Shown: positions 1 to 14,200, counted from the stretch's first letter. The stretch is DNA of 64,000 nucleotides from Antedon mediterranea (GCF_964355755.1 NC_092679.1:1394201-1458200); one strand, 5' to 3'. A program made the numbers and translations. Notes: a model not told the origin generated them from the letters alone.

Positions 1-447
1 AGGACTGTTAACAAATTGGTTAGTTTAGAAGTACTTGTTTTATCAAATAACTCATTGGTCGAACTTGCCCCCGAGATTGGCGAGCTTCAGTTATTGAAGA
101 AGCTTGACGCCGAGGATAATCTTATAAGAGAAATTCCTTGTTCTCTGTTTGCTGGTGACTTAGCAAAAAGTTTAGAATATCTGAACTTGAGTGGCAACTT
201 ACTTGATACTTTACCCGTACAAGTTGGACTTCTGGTAAATTTGGAAGAACTAAATATTGGAAGAAACCAGTTTGTACGTCTACCAGCGTCTGTTAAAGCG
301 TTGTTAAAACTAAAAGCATTCCATTACGGTGATAACGATTGGATGGTTTGTCCGCCAACTTTGCGCAGAGTACCGGCAACAAATCAAGCTAGTTTCGGAC
401 CGCTTGCACTCGAGAAAATCTACAGTTATATTTATCCCGATGTGTAA
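1..447 (+). CDS. Leucine-rich repeat protein, 3' end (5' part lies outside the window)
   Basis: Open frame with consecutive LxxLxLxxNxL repeats (LEVLVLSNNSL, LKKLDAEDNLI, LEYLNLSGNLL, LEELNIGRNQF), an LRR cap (NDWMVCPP) and TAA at 445-447. Confidence 0.85.
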   Translation, partial: RTVNKLVSLEVLVLSNNSLVELAPEIGELQLLKKLDAEDNLIREIPCSLFAGDLAKSLEYLNLSGNLLDTLPVQVGLLVNLEELNIGRNQFVRLPASVKALLKLKAFHYGDNDWMVCPPTLRRVPATNQASFGPLALEKIYSYIYPDV

Positions 448-2344
448 CAAACAAAAATATATTTTGAAGGAGACAATTTTCTTCACTATTGTAATTAATA
501 CCAATTTTATTTTCTGATTATAATAGCAACATTTTAAGTTTAAGATTTAATATTTAATTTAATCAAAATGCTGAATAGAGGCAATTTATTCCGTAAAATT
601 TTACTGGTAAGACCAGCTTGGAGAGGACATGGACAGGTGACGAACAATTTAAAACAAATAATTGATTTGTGTAACTAGATAATCACTAATGATAACCACA
701 ATCACACATGTCATTAGCCGCAGTTAGGTGTCAAATTTTAAATTATCTGCAACAACTACTAGACTACGTTTAAGATACAAAATCAAAGCTTCTATATTGA
801 TTTTTGAGCAAGGCAGGTAATCGTCAGTTTCCTCTTTGTAATTGTAATGAGCTGTGTACGTTTGAAACCGATCTACCGTGCCGTTCCAACTACTCAAGTG
901 TACGCATTTTCACTAGTGCCACACAAATTGAATTAAAGAATTTGAGTGTTATAACTCTTGTCGTGTTAATTAAGTCATTAAGGTAAGATGTAATAATAAT
1001 TGTTTTAATTTTAGTATGACACATCTTAGTAATCACCGTGACTATGCTGCCTAGACAAACACAAAGATGATATGTTTGTTTTTGATCAACAAATTACAGA
1101 TTTTAATATTCCCTAATTTATTTAGTTGCCGGGCAAACCATCAATTTATTTAGTCTTGTGTAGTAATAAAATAGATTCAATGATATTCATTACGATCAGT
1201 GTTTATTAAGTTTTAAAATATATTATATTATTTATTATATTATTATTTATGTTATTTATTAATTAACAAAACCCTTGAGATTGTATTTGTTGATTTATTT
1301 TACTTTTGTGTAACATGTACTAATTATAATTTAAAATAAAATATGCAGTATTGTTATTTAAACTCACTAAAGGGAAAATGTGTATTTTAAGCTATTTAAA
1401 CTATGATACATTTATGGCCACATTCCTATGCAAGCTCAATATTCTTGTAAAAAAAAATAAATATAATTAAAATTAGTAACCATAATTTGGTTTTAAACCG
1501 CAATATCACTGTTCATACAAAGATATTTATCACTAATAATCAAGGAATGTTAAATACAGTATTTATTTATATTTTTTAAGGGGGTGGGTTATGGTGGGGG
1601 TATCTCAGGTGGGGTGGGGCATCTCAGGTGGGGTGGGGCAGGGCTGTAAGAAGGTTTAGAAATCCCTTCTATGAAAATATAAAAACTTTTTCATTGATAA
1701 AATTGTACTTTTTTGTCTGAAAAACTGAATAGTATACCCTAAATAATTGAAAGTTTAAGTAATTTTACAAGGTGTGTGTCGTTAAATGAATTAACATTAA
1801 TTTGGAATGGACAATAAAAAATACATTAAATTTGATCACAAATAATCAAACATCTATAGGTTTAGATTACAACGTTAATGACTAATAAGTACAAATAGTG
1901 TCCCCACCTACTCAATAGTATACTCGCTCAAGCGTATAAAGACAAAGGTCATATGAGAAGTTTAGTTATCGCCATAACGACTAAAACGGCCTATCCAGAT
2001 TTCAATAGGTTTGTAGTTTAGCATGTGAATGCATTGGCTTGCGGATCAATATGTATTACACAGTGAACTTCTATTATAACTCAATGTAAGTCTGTCTGTC
2101 ACCAGTATCTACAATTTATGTATATTTTGATATGTAATTATTATGTATCTGAATTTCAAAACTGTATAACTATTAAAAGTAAGTACATATTGTTGATATT
2201 ACTAATTATATTTATTGTAGACCGTTTAAATTGATTAGAATAATGCAAATGGTTACAAACACTTATTGTAAAGGGTTGTTGGGTTGTGAATCAATAACGT
2301 CTACTTAATGTTGCAGTCAGGCCTGCAAGACCAGCAGCCTCTAA

Positions 2345-2492
2345 AGCTCTGTCCACACCTTCAAACTTTATGTGAGGTGCCTATATATGGACATGATGAT
2401 GTCATATCACTACCATATTTAAGCATATCACTACAATATTTGGGCACATCACACTTTTTTTGTCAAACTAGTTTGATAGTGTAGACAGAGCT
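2345..2492. mobile_element. MITE family A (PIF/Harbinger-like)
   Basis: TIR AGCTCTGTCYACAC...GTGTAGACAGAGCT flanked by TAA/TTA. Confidence 0.85.
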
Positions 2493-2723
2493 TTAGACAT
2501 TAGCAGCCTGTTTAATACTACCAGGAGCTTGTTTAATCTATATTTTACTGTATAAAATATCTAGATTCTATTTTGCTATTGTTTTTTTCAGTTCCAGGTA
2601 TTGAAGTATGATCATCTTACAGGATGGTTGATTTTATTTTGGAAATCTTGAAAATTAAATGGCAATTCTATTACCCACCAACAAACTGATAATAATTAAC
2701 ATCACAGGTTGAAAAAGAAAAAG

Positions 2724-5700
2724 ATGCAAAATAATAAAGATGAAATAATTGAGAATGATCGTGTAAATATGACTAGATTAGAATCAAATCCGCAGCCTTT
2801 AAATAATACTGAAGAGTCGACAGTTAATTCAAGTAAAACTGACAGTAGCTTTGCAGAGGCTGTTTCAAATAGCAAATCACATGACAATGTACAGAACTTA
2901 GAAACTAAAAAATCAGACAATGATATTAAAACTCGACAAGGACGAGGGCGACACAAACATCGAGCAGAGGACAAATCAAATGAAGTCGTCAATGTTGGGA
3001 ACAATTATAAGGAACATGTAGATGGTGTTGGTCACACGGAAAATAATACAGAACATTCTGGAAGTGTGGGAAAATGGGAAAAGAAACTGGAGAAAAAAAA
3101 ACTTGAATATAAAGAACAAAAACATGATTTAAAACAAAAGTTACAGGACACGAAAACAAAATTTCAAGAGGAAGTAAGTATATCCTACTGACTAATGTCT
3201 TTTATTATTATGTATATATTTTTTAATATATAAAGTATCAATGAATTGCAATCAGACTATAAGTGAGTTAAGGTCCTATGTAAAGCACCTAGAGGGGTCA
3301 GTGATCCATTAGGCGCTATATAAATACTGTTTATTATTATTATTATAAGGTCTTAATATTTCTTAAAATTCCAAAAAGAAAATTTAGTGAAAAAAAAACA
3401 CATAAATAACAGTATAGTATTGATTTCTATAAAGTAAAACCATCATGAAGCCCCTACTGTACAATGGGTCTATGCTTAAGCCCTTACTGTACAATGGGTC
3501 TATGCTTAAGCCCCTACTGTACAATGGGTCTATGCTTAAGCCCCTACTGTACAATGGGTCTATGCTTAAGCCCCTACTGTACAATGGGTCTATGCTGAAG
3601 CCCCTACTGTACAATGGGTCTATGCTTAAGCTCTGTCTACACTATCAAAATGGTTTGACCAAAAAAAAGTGTGATGTGCCCAAATATGGTGGTGATATGC
3701 CCAAATATTATAGTAGCATCATCATGTTCATAATATATGGCCACATCACATTTTTTTTATCCCATAGTTTGATCAGAGATGTAAAATAATATCCCTGGTT
3801 TGATAGTGTAGACAAGGCTTTAAAGTATATAATTTACACCCCAGGGTTGTCTTGTACCATGGAACTACAGTATAATATAATATCTTATATCATAAGACAC
3901 ACCTGCCCTACAGTATAACACAATTAATTTCATTCACATTGTATCTATATTCTAGCCACCATCTAAGCAAGAGGTAGGCAGTTGAACTTGGCATGTGTAT
4001 GTGTTTTATGTACAGTTGTATTGTAATACTATATAGTGTTTGTTGCATGTTTTTATATAAAATAATATATATAAAACCGGAAAAAAAATGAATTCAATGA
4101 AGATACAAACAGAATACTATAAGCAAAATCAAAATGATAAAGTAATTTAAATCAGGCAGAAAGAAGTATAGAGCTTTCGGTAAAAAAAAAACCTCCAGTC
4201 TTTCATATTCATACACACTGTATCCAAACTATACAACACAATAGAATGTATATTAAAAGATGAACAACAATATAGTACAGTATCAAAATCATCAATATCA
4301 GAAATACATGTACAGTATGATAAATTACATGTCATTTTTCGTTTGAATCTAATTAACTACAGAATGGTGCCATAAATTTGAAGTGTAATTATTGACACAG
4401 TAATCAAACTCTGTGTAATTAAAGTTCCTTCAATGCAAACACATTTTATTGAGTAGTTACGACCAAACGTTTAAAAAAAAAGAAAATTTAACGAGAATCT
4501 TTATTGATTAACCTGTTGCTTTTTACGCAATTAAGCAATCCGCGGTAGAATTGATTGAACGCATAATATAAAGCGCTTGATTGGCCCTTTATCGACCAAT
4601 CATTTCTCCTACACCATGTAGAACAAGACAGGACTTAAAATTCTTGTATAAATTTCTTAATTCTATTTTAATTGTTTCGTTATTTTACTTTGACATCTCT
4701 GACATACTGTAATTTTCGCTTTGATCACCTTGTCAAATTTTCTTGCGTAAATGTCTGTAAAAATGGGTGTCTCTGTAGATTTTCGTTGTTCCTTAGATGT
4801 TTTGGTGTAACCTTTTCAATTTCAATGTATTATTGTATATGTTAATAATATTTTAATATTCAACTTGTTGGTGTTCACTGCTTGAAATAAAGAACGATCG
4901 GCAGGAACGTGATGTTTTTGTGATAAGCACTATTTACAATACCTTCTGCAATTATGATAAATGGTAGTTACTTGTTGGAGGTCACTTTATATTGTCTGAG
5001 ATAACAGTAGTGTCATTAGAAAACAAACATTTACATGACAAATAACGCACAAGTTTATTGTAATCCAGTAGCTACTGTCTCTGTATTGCTAACAATACAA
5101 AGAGAAGATTAAGGTACTTTGGTAACCATGGTAACCATGTCGTTAAGTTCCCTCGCATATAATTTATATTACAATTATGATCAATAACAACATTTTACTG
5201 AAACTCAATTTATCCTGTGATCCATTTTATTATAATTTTAAACACAAATAGTTGGTTGTATAGTAACATCACTGTGTATAGACTTAAGCCTTGTCTATAC
5301 TATCAAACTTTATGTGACAACAAAATGTGATGTACCCATATATGGACATGATGATGTCATATCACTACCATATTTGTGCATATCACTACCATATTTGTGC
5401 ATATCACTACCATATTTGGGCACATCACACATTTTTTTTGGTCAAAGTACAGTAGTTTGGTAATGTAGACAATTGTTTTCATATACAGTGGTAAGATCAA
5501 TAGTTGTTGGTGCAGTGCTATCTGGTATGGCAATTTAAATCCTTGTTTATACCATGTGTTTTTTACATACTATACTTTTAACATATTATTTTATGTTGTG
5601 ATACAATTAAAACGGAGATATGGTTTTGTAAACAGATCAAGAAGTATGAAACGGATTTATCCGACAAACGACGAGAATATTTGACACAGCTAACGGAACT

Positions 5701-7543
5701 ACAGATGGATGAAGAAATGCAAAGTATGGCAAAAAGAATGGAAGAACTGAAAGAACTCGAAGACGAATTGGATCGGCGGTTTAAACAGTGCATGGATTTC
5801 GAGACAGAGGTGAGAAAACCCATGGTCTGTATCGTAAGTCAGTTTGTGTGTTCTGTGGTGGAGAGTTTCTAACATGCTGTCACAATACTGTTACTGCTAT
5901 TAATACCTGTCCATAAGTGACACCAATGGTAAGATGTTTTAATTTGGTGGACAGTGTCTAACTTGCTGTCACAATACTTTTTTAATGTATGAACCTACAG
6001 GGTAAGTTCAATTTGGTGGACAACTTAGTACTGTACTAATTTTCATTGTTTGGGATGGGGATTTCTTGCATTATTTTTGGTTGCGGTTTCTGAATTTTAA
6101 ATCACAATTTATTTTTAGAACTAATCATTTTCAATGTTTTGAATGGTGGAATTCTTGCATTATTTTGTTGATTTCTGAATTTAATTTGTTACTTTAACAA
6201 AATTTGTAAAGACTGAAGTGGAAAAAATTTCATGCAGTGTGTGATCAGCTATTTCTGTCTAAATTAAGTATTTTAATATTGTATTTTGCAATTTTATTTT
6301 TAGATTGAGCAGGCAGAAAAATACCTTGACAGAAGAAGTGAAATATGTAAGAGTCGAGAAGAGCAGCTGAAAAATCTAGACGAGGTATTTTAACATATTC
6401 TTAACTTTCTCACGTTGATGTCCTAGCGTAAAAATCTTTAAAGAATGAGGTTGAAACTAAATTAAGATTCAGGACAAAATTTAAATTGTATACAACGTAA
6501 AAAATTGTAATTCAATGAAGCTTTTCTACAAATTGCTGAATTTGTCTTGAACATTTTAAATTTGTGTTTGATTGATAATTAAGTTACAATAATTATGTTA
6601 AATTCACAATTGTCGTTTTCAGGAATTGGATATACTACACAGCGAACTTGAGCTTGACAAAGAACGATTGCAGGGGTCAGGGGTCAACGTTAATTCAATA
6701 CTGACAACTAAACGTGGTGAAAGGTATTAAAATAAATAAGAAGTGTGTCACAGAATCGAGCGAAGAATTCAATATCGACTAACAATAAATTGACATCACA
6801 TTTTGAATGTTCGTCCTGAATTTTGGCAAATTTAAAGCTCCCTATTCTACTTCCACTAACTAAAAATAAAATTACTGTAGTGTAGATTTGTCATGGTATT
6901 ATTGTAAAGATACAAAACATGACCTGTCATTAATATTCATATTCACAGGTTCAATGACCTTCAACACCTGAATGACGAAGATGATTACATTCTAAAAGCT
7001 AATTTACGTAAAACAGAAACGGAGTTAAAATCAACCAAATACAATTTACAAACAATGTCAGAACAGTTACATTCTGTACATGATGAGGTGAGTGGTTTAA
7101 AGGCGGAAAAGAAGAAAAACGAACAAAAAATTAAACATCTTGAAACGCAACTAGCAGTGGCGCTTGGACAATTAAGCCAAAGGAATTTGGCAAGTGGAAA
7201 CAGTACACCAACAAACAAACCTAAAGATCAAGAGCGTTACAAATCTGTACACAAACATATCACGTTAAACAGATTAAATGAAGATGGACTATTGAGCATA
7301 AACCAACAGGCTCAGCTACGTAGGAAAAACAGCAGCGACAGGTCATCGTCTTCTGACGGGGGTCGCGCATCTCGGTATAGTATCAGGCGTAATGAGTCTA
7401 AATTGACAAGTGGACTGCAGCCAGGTACATCTGATGGTATGGGATCATCGGAAGGATCTGGTAGTATGATCGGTGACCATGTTGTTGATAGCACGGTCTG
7501 TGAGCCTGCGTCCAGTAAAAGCACAACATGTAATGTCATGTGA
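2724..7543 (+). CDS. Uncharacterised coiled-coil protein with C-terminal CaaX motif (CNVM), about 466 aa, 5 coding exons
   Basis: Phase-compatible GT-AG exons 2724-3173, 5636-5809, 6304-6384, 6623-6723, 6949-7543. E/K/Q/L-rich heptad-like middle, Ser/Gly-rich tail, ends STTCNVM*. Start ATG is tentative because an acceptor at 2706-2707 implies an upstream exon. Confidence 0.75.
3278..3347 (+). repeat. L2-like LINE/SINE 3' tail
   Basis: TGTAAAGCACC...AGGCGCTATATAAATA followed by (TTA)n. A similar tail lies at about 19617-19672. Confidence 0.45.
3448..3627. repeat. Tandem repeat, 30 bp x 6
   Basis: Unit AAGCCCCTACTGTACAATGGGTCTATGCTT. Confidence 0.95.
3629..3819. mobile_element. MITE family A
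   Basis: Both TIRs present, TTA/TTA TSD, opposite internal orientation to the 2345 copy. Confidence 0.85.
5287..5471. mobile_element. MITE family A
   Basis: Left TIR, three internal 21-bp units, degenerate right TIR. Confidence 0.8.
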
Positions 7544-8282
7544 CCTGTAGTCACTATATTGTGAATGGAGATCAAGTAATTCAATTAATTCGGTTGAAAT
7601 ATCATCCTTGTGTCCAGGATACAAAAACATCAAACAATTTCAAATAGCACAATAATATCGCACACAAATAGTATACAGTAACAGAAAACAAAATCTATTG
7701 TAATTGTACCACATTAGAAGAGAGCTCATCATTTTCCTACCTTAAGTGTCGAAATGTTATGGATTGCTGAGAATGTAGTATCTAGTAACAATTTGTTAAA
7801 ATATATAATACAATTTTATAAAAAGTTTTAACAATGCAGATGTATGCATCATGTGCCTATGTTTTCAAATAATTTTTGTAACATTTCTGAACTCTCTCTA
7901 CTGTATAATTTAATAAGTGGATGCAATTTTGTTTTAATTAAATGCATAAATATGTTATTATCCCTATTTAGGCAGGCAGACATTCAAGACTGATAAATTG
8001 TACAGTAATAAACTTGGTTACAACTGTATACAGCTTTTCTGTTACAATAAGGTGTAGAAAACTGGGAAAAACATGGCACAATCAGAAAATACAATTAAAT
8101 AAATATTGCTATCAGAATTTATTACTACCCATGGGTAATTTTTTACGTTTTGCAATAATATACTATCTAGTTATTCATATACATTGATTGAGTAATAATT
8201 AGTTATATAATTTGATTGACATAAAAGTACAATCAATGCCATATCGTCTTTTTTCAAACCATTATAAGGATATATTGGTCTT

Positions 8283-11200
8283 TCACATCTTGAGTTTTTC
8301 ATCAATTCTATCAGCATAACTTTCCAAGTTATGAAACGCCAGAAACACCTACAACAAATGTAAAACACCTTTTTCAATTATGAATTCATAATTCATCCAT
8401 GGTGACAGAGCAATTCTACATTCATCATTTTTATAATAGCACTTAACCAAATTGTGTTACTATATCTCCTAAACCGCATGACCAAAACTCACAGGATTCT
8501 CCTTCAGCCATTTGGCCATGAATAAAAATTGTATGTTTAGACCAATTTCACAATCAGGTCACAGAGACATGATCATGAATTTTACTAATCAAATGGTGGA
8601 CATTCATTTGACAGCAAACTGCTAATATTTCTAAATTTAAATAGCAAGTTGTACATAATATACAAACCTTTAGTTTTGTTAGGTGCGAGTCGTTGACAGT
8701 TTGTTTTGCGGCTTCTGTGTTTGGATGCAGTCGTAGGTAATTACTGACAAGCTGAGTAGCATCATTTATCCTATAAATTAAAAACAAAACTATCTATATA
8801 AACTTCATTGGAAGAGTGGATATAAGTTCCTCTGAATTCTTTACAATACACTAAAGCCTTGTCTAAACTATCAAACTTTATGTGACAAAAAATGTGATGT
8901 GCCCATATATGGACATGATGTCATATCACTACCATGTTTTGGCATATCACTACCGTATTTGGGCACATCACCCTTTTTTTTGTCAAACTAGTTTGATAGT
9001 GTAGACAAAGCTTAAAAAAGAATCTCTATACAAAACAAAAGCTTTTTTAATTGGAAGGGTAATTTGATGGAGAGCTAGTGTATATTAAAATATAATAATT
9101 TTCTATTCACAAACAAACTTATCCAGGGGCGGAGTAGGTTTTCATGTAGGCGTAGTGGCATAGTGTTTACCTGTCTTGCTGCAGTATGTACTTAATGACC
9201 TTTTCTATCCTCTGATGGCTTACAAGAAACAAAGCCAGTGGTTTGTAGTGACTGGTATTGGCTAAGTCATCATACATGCCTCTTTCATCTATATTTATGA
9301 AGACAGCCGATCGAATCTGAAAACACAATAGTAGATGGTGCACAGGCCAATGATGTATAGTTTTGTATGGTGTTATGAGAAAGGGATAAAGTATGATCAT
9401 AGTTCATAGTAAAGTCCACTAACCTGTTGGGACTGTGGTAAAACCTTTTTTTTTCCTTGGTATTTTTTCACTTGGTCCAATATTTTCAAGTGACACTTAC
9501 TGCTTAGCATAACCTTAGAAAAAACAAAATGGGTTTTTTCTGTTGAGTGGCGAGTTACTAATAATCACAAGTATGCCTCGTTAAATAGAGTGATTATTTC
9601 AACGAATTAGATATTCTCCCTTTTCAACCAATACATAATATCTACTGTGAATTATGTAGGCTAGACATTACTCTTTTACAAATAGTATATGAAGATTGTA
9701 ACAACCCTGTTGGTTCAGTACCTGCTGCTTACTTGGGCTCGAATCTAACCACTAGTCATCACCACAAGCTCGGTGATCTAGAGGTATGAACGCCAGGCTA
9801 GTGATCTGGAGGTCATGGGTTCGAGTCCCACCAAAGAATTACTCAAATGTACTTAGTATAAAGTACAATTACATCAGAGTAAGGAAAAACATCTGAACAA
9901 TTATATGAAAAATTGTGAGTAACTGATTTAATTCTGTTTTTCCCAACAATTCCATTTCTTAGTACCATATTAAATCTCCAAAAACGTTAGTATACTGTTT
10001 TGATATTTGGCTCTACACGGATGTATACCTGTAGCTGCTGTTTGCGCTTTTCAGTTTGCGGAATCAACAGTAAACATCCCAGGCTGTGGGCATGCATTTC
10101 AACTCCAAGAAACTGTCGTGAAAAATTTAAATGATCCATATCCAACAACATTGGACACCTGAAATTAAGAATTAAATAAGTAAATAAACAATACCGGATA
10201 TAAAAGAACCCCTATTAAGGAGACACATTAAGGACTCAACAAATAATAGGTGTGTCCCAAAGAAGGCGGTTCTATTGCAGTTTGGGTAATACAGCATTTA
10301 CAAATGTTTATCATTCCAAAATATCTGACCTTTGTAACAAAACGTATGCTTTATGACACGCTAACTCTTGGTCTTCTGTCAGAGGCAGTGATACTGAAAT
10401 GTCAAAGTTCAAATTATGAATTAATACTTGTTGTTATCATACATGTCTTTATGTAGCTAGTCATACCAACATGTGCCTGGTTACCTGTTGAGAATGGTCT
10501 GTTGATAATAATCTTCCAGACATTGGGTAGACATCTGACTTGCCATAAGCAAGGAATTGCAGATAGTGTCACCAAAACATGTTGTAAGTAATCCATCTGT
10601 AAATGAATATGAACAGCAATCTTTATGATGATCAAAAAAATGTAAATTTATGAGTTCCTTTTAACATAAAGAATACTACTAGATAGACTTAGGAAAAACA
10701 CAGTGGGGTTATAACTTAAGTATAATTAAAGACTTCAGTTCCATTATATTTACTTCAAAAGTTAGAGAAAATGTATTTACGCTCTTTAAAAGTTAAATTT
10801 GATTTTAAATTTTCACATAACTAACACTACAGCCAATAGAGATAATTTGTTTGGTCCTGAAGGCATCCTCTCAATAGGGGTGCTCTATTGTATTGTATAT
10901 AAAATACCAACCATGCTGTATTTATACAACTGCTGCAAGATACTGTTCCAAAGATTAGGGTCGTAAATCTCGTAATCCAAGCAGAGGTCAGAGATCAAGC
11001 GCAACGCTTTTGGTTCGTGGGCGTGATTACGCCACAAACCACGGACTAAACCATCCTTGTTTGACGTAACAAACGTTGTCATCTTCATCCCTGCATTTAT
11101 TGACTGTAAGTCGTTCAGATATAACAAGTTCTGCATGAAATCTCTAGTAAAATAAAATGATATATTAATACAAAAAAAAATAATAATAATAATTTTCAAC

Positions 11201-14200
11201 CTGCCTTTCACATTAAAAAAAAATTATTATAGAATATATGAATATGGTATAAGAATCACCTGCCCCTAAAGCAGCTCTGTCTACACTATTGAACTTGATT
11301 TGACAAAATAATGTGATGTGCCCATATGGAAACGATGACATCATATCACTACCATAAAGCATATCATTACCATATTTGAGCACATCAAACTTTTTTAGAT
11401 AGTGTAAACAGAGCTTAATGCTTACAGCACATGCCACTTTGCTAAACAAAGCAACTTGTTGAGTCCACATACCTGATATCATCCACAGGCCTTAAAGAAA
11501 TTCTCTCGATCTCATCTTTGTTGATCAAGTTAAATAGACATCGAAGAGCGCGAATTTGACATGCAAAATCCGTGTGAGAGGATGATTCCTAGTACAGAAA
11601 AAATTGGAAATTATCATGTTAATAGGTCATAGTTCATATGCAGGAAAATTGAGACATGCTTCCTCATGCTATTCCTCAACTAAACAGTCATGGTTTCTAG
11701 GCCCAGACGGCAATCAACACATCAATGAGTTGGTTCCTGATCATTGGAAATCAAAAGCTCCCTAATGCATGTTGATAAAGAATATACAATTGAAGAAAAT
11801 GTTTATAAATCCATATTTACCTTAAATGCGTGACCAAGCAGGAAGAGGGCGCTGTTCTCAATCTGGCTGTATTGTAATATATACATGACCCTAATTAAAA
11901 AAAAAGATAATTATTGTCATAAACATAGGTGAACATGTAATCCTACCAGGTACCCATTCACACCTGGGTGGAGAGAGACAAACGTAAGTGAGTATTAGCA
12001 TCTATCATCATTGCAGGAAAATATCAGGCTTTACTACAAACTGAAAATCTATGTTCACCTTCTTAAACTCTTTTCTTCTTCACTAATTTGGACTTCTTTG
12101 ATTAGGTTGAACGTATTGAATGAAAAGTTAATCTGCAGAAACAAACAATAAAAACATTTAATACTCAAAGTGTCCCTTTAATAGGGGTGTCTCCTGAATA
12201 GAGGTTGGATGTAGTGATACAAGATATATTTCCCTTGTTTGTTTCACAGGAAAGTGTTCCCTTAATAGGGGTGTTCAATGAATAGGGGTTGGGGACACCT
12301 GCAGTGATGCCTTAGGGACCCAACAATGTGTCCCTTAATAATAGAGGTGTCCCTAAATAGGTCTGTACTATGAATAGGGGTTGGGGACACCTGCAGTGAT
12401 GCCTTAGGGACCCAACAATGTGTCCCTTAATAATAGAGGTGTTCCTAAATAGGTCTGTCCTCTGAATAGGGGTTGGGGACACCTGCAGTGACGCCTTAGG
12501 GACCCAACAATGTGTCCCTTAATAATAGGTGTCCCTAAATAGGTCTGTCCTATGAATAGGGGTTGGGGACACCTGCAGTGACGCCTTAGGGACCCAACAA
12601 TGTGTCCCTTAATAATAGGTGTCCCTAAATAGGTCTGTCCTATGAATAGGGGTTGACTATAGTGTTAAAACATATTGCACTTTGTTCGGAGAAGATATAC
12701 TGTATATATTATTGATACATTAAAATTTATGAATATGCTTATTATTATTACATTAAATGTTACACTTACAGTTTCATCCTCCAGTTGTTTAGTCGGCGTG
12801 TACAGCAGCCATTTCTCAGTCAACGTCCGTCGTATCTTATTAATGTTACTGTTATTAACCTTTGCAATCTCATCAACAGCTTTGTGAATGTCTGAAAACA
12901 TTTAGTACATACTAAGTTTCAAAATGATATACTGCTTTATATTATTAATATTCATAAATAATGGTTAATTATCGGTGATATGTTTTAATGATGTTTTCTT
13001 CATACTGTTTTCGGAGTTGGAAGTGCAGAGTGCATTAAGGTCTTCAACCATGCTGTGTTCGAACTATGGAGTTTCATTTTTTAGTTCACACCAAACCAAA
13101 CTGTTGACTGACCCCGTGTGTGCAAATTCCAATGTTTTGCTAGGTAACTGGGCAAAGGGGTATTGGATATTTAATCTACTGTGTTGTTACCTGGTACACC
13201 ATCTAACTCTCCTGCCATTTTTTTCTCAATTGATGGATGTTCATACAACTTGAAGATGAGTCTCGCTGGAGTGTGAACAATTGAGAGGTATTCTTTGTCT
13301 GCAAGTCCATACTTGTATAGTACCTGTTCAGTTGCTAGGCAGCTATGCACCTCTACCAGCTTCTTATGCATCATGCTTGACTTCTCTAACTCTTTTGGCT
13401 GATGAGCAAAAGAAGACATTTAGATTTCACCGGATACATGAGCAGTATCAAGTCTAGCAACAATGAACATAATGCAGTATCTTTTAGCCCATATTTAATA
13501 CTGTATCGTGTCTTCTAACACTATACAGTAGCATATTCTTCAAAAGCGTTACGTCACGAAATTTCTGCAAAGTAGCTTTTTGGTAGATTGGTTAGTGTTT
13601 ATTTAGACGTTAGGTGCTATGGTATAGGCCTGTTCCTGTCAGCAGACACGATACAGCTAAGTGAAATAAAACAAAAAATCGTACCTTTTCTTTGCATGTC
13701 ACCTTCCACCTTGAAGCCAGTAACACACAGAAATGAAGAGCTACAACTTTTTCTGGACCTAGAGAGATTGAAATAAACAATGCTATATACAGTTTAATCA
13801 CTACTATGAGGACGCCTTCAAGGGGACACAACAAAGTGTCGGCTTAATAGAGGTGTTCCTTACTAAGATAAGATAAATCTTTATTGTCATGAACACAAGG
13901 CGAACATGAAATTTGTTAACAATTTCTATAGAATATCATAACGGTTAGTTGACATCAATAAATACTAAAAAAACTTCACTTCTGCTAGATAAACAGTAAA
14001 AATTACAAAACATCAACAAGAGAAGCATCAAGGTGGTCGCTTGCAGTGCAGCGCCCTCAATCTTGTGTTTCCTTCTTCGTTTTATTGCAAAGCGTCCCCT
14101 TAATAGGTGTCACAGACAGGCCCTACTATACTGTAAATGATTTAGTCCCCTTAATAGGGGTGTCACGGACAGGCCCTACTATACTGTAAATGATTTAGTA

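Noticed and set aside
3384-3789. ORFs with repeated MLKPLLYNGS / YSRGLSIDPL peptides
   Set aside because: Artefact of a stop-free 30-bp tandem repeat plus MITE inside an intron.
2724-7543. Spindly/SPDL1 identity for the CaaX coiled-coil gene
   Set aside because: No recognisable CC1 box or Spindly motif, and the domain order does not fit.
9768-9840. tRNA-Thr(AGT) gene
   Set aside because: The acceptor stem does not pair well, there is no T-run terminator and the sequence lies within a dispersed repeat.
13500-13660. Possible additional KNTC1 exon
   Set aside because: Contains stops on the minus strand, and the flanking exons already join in phase.
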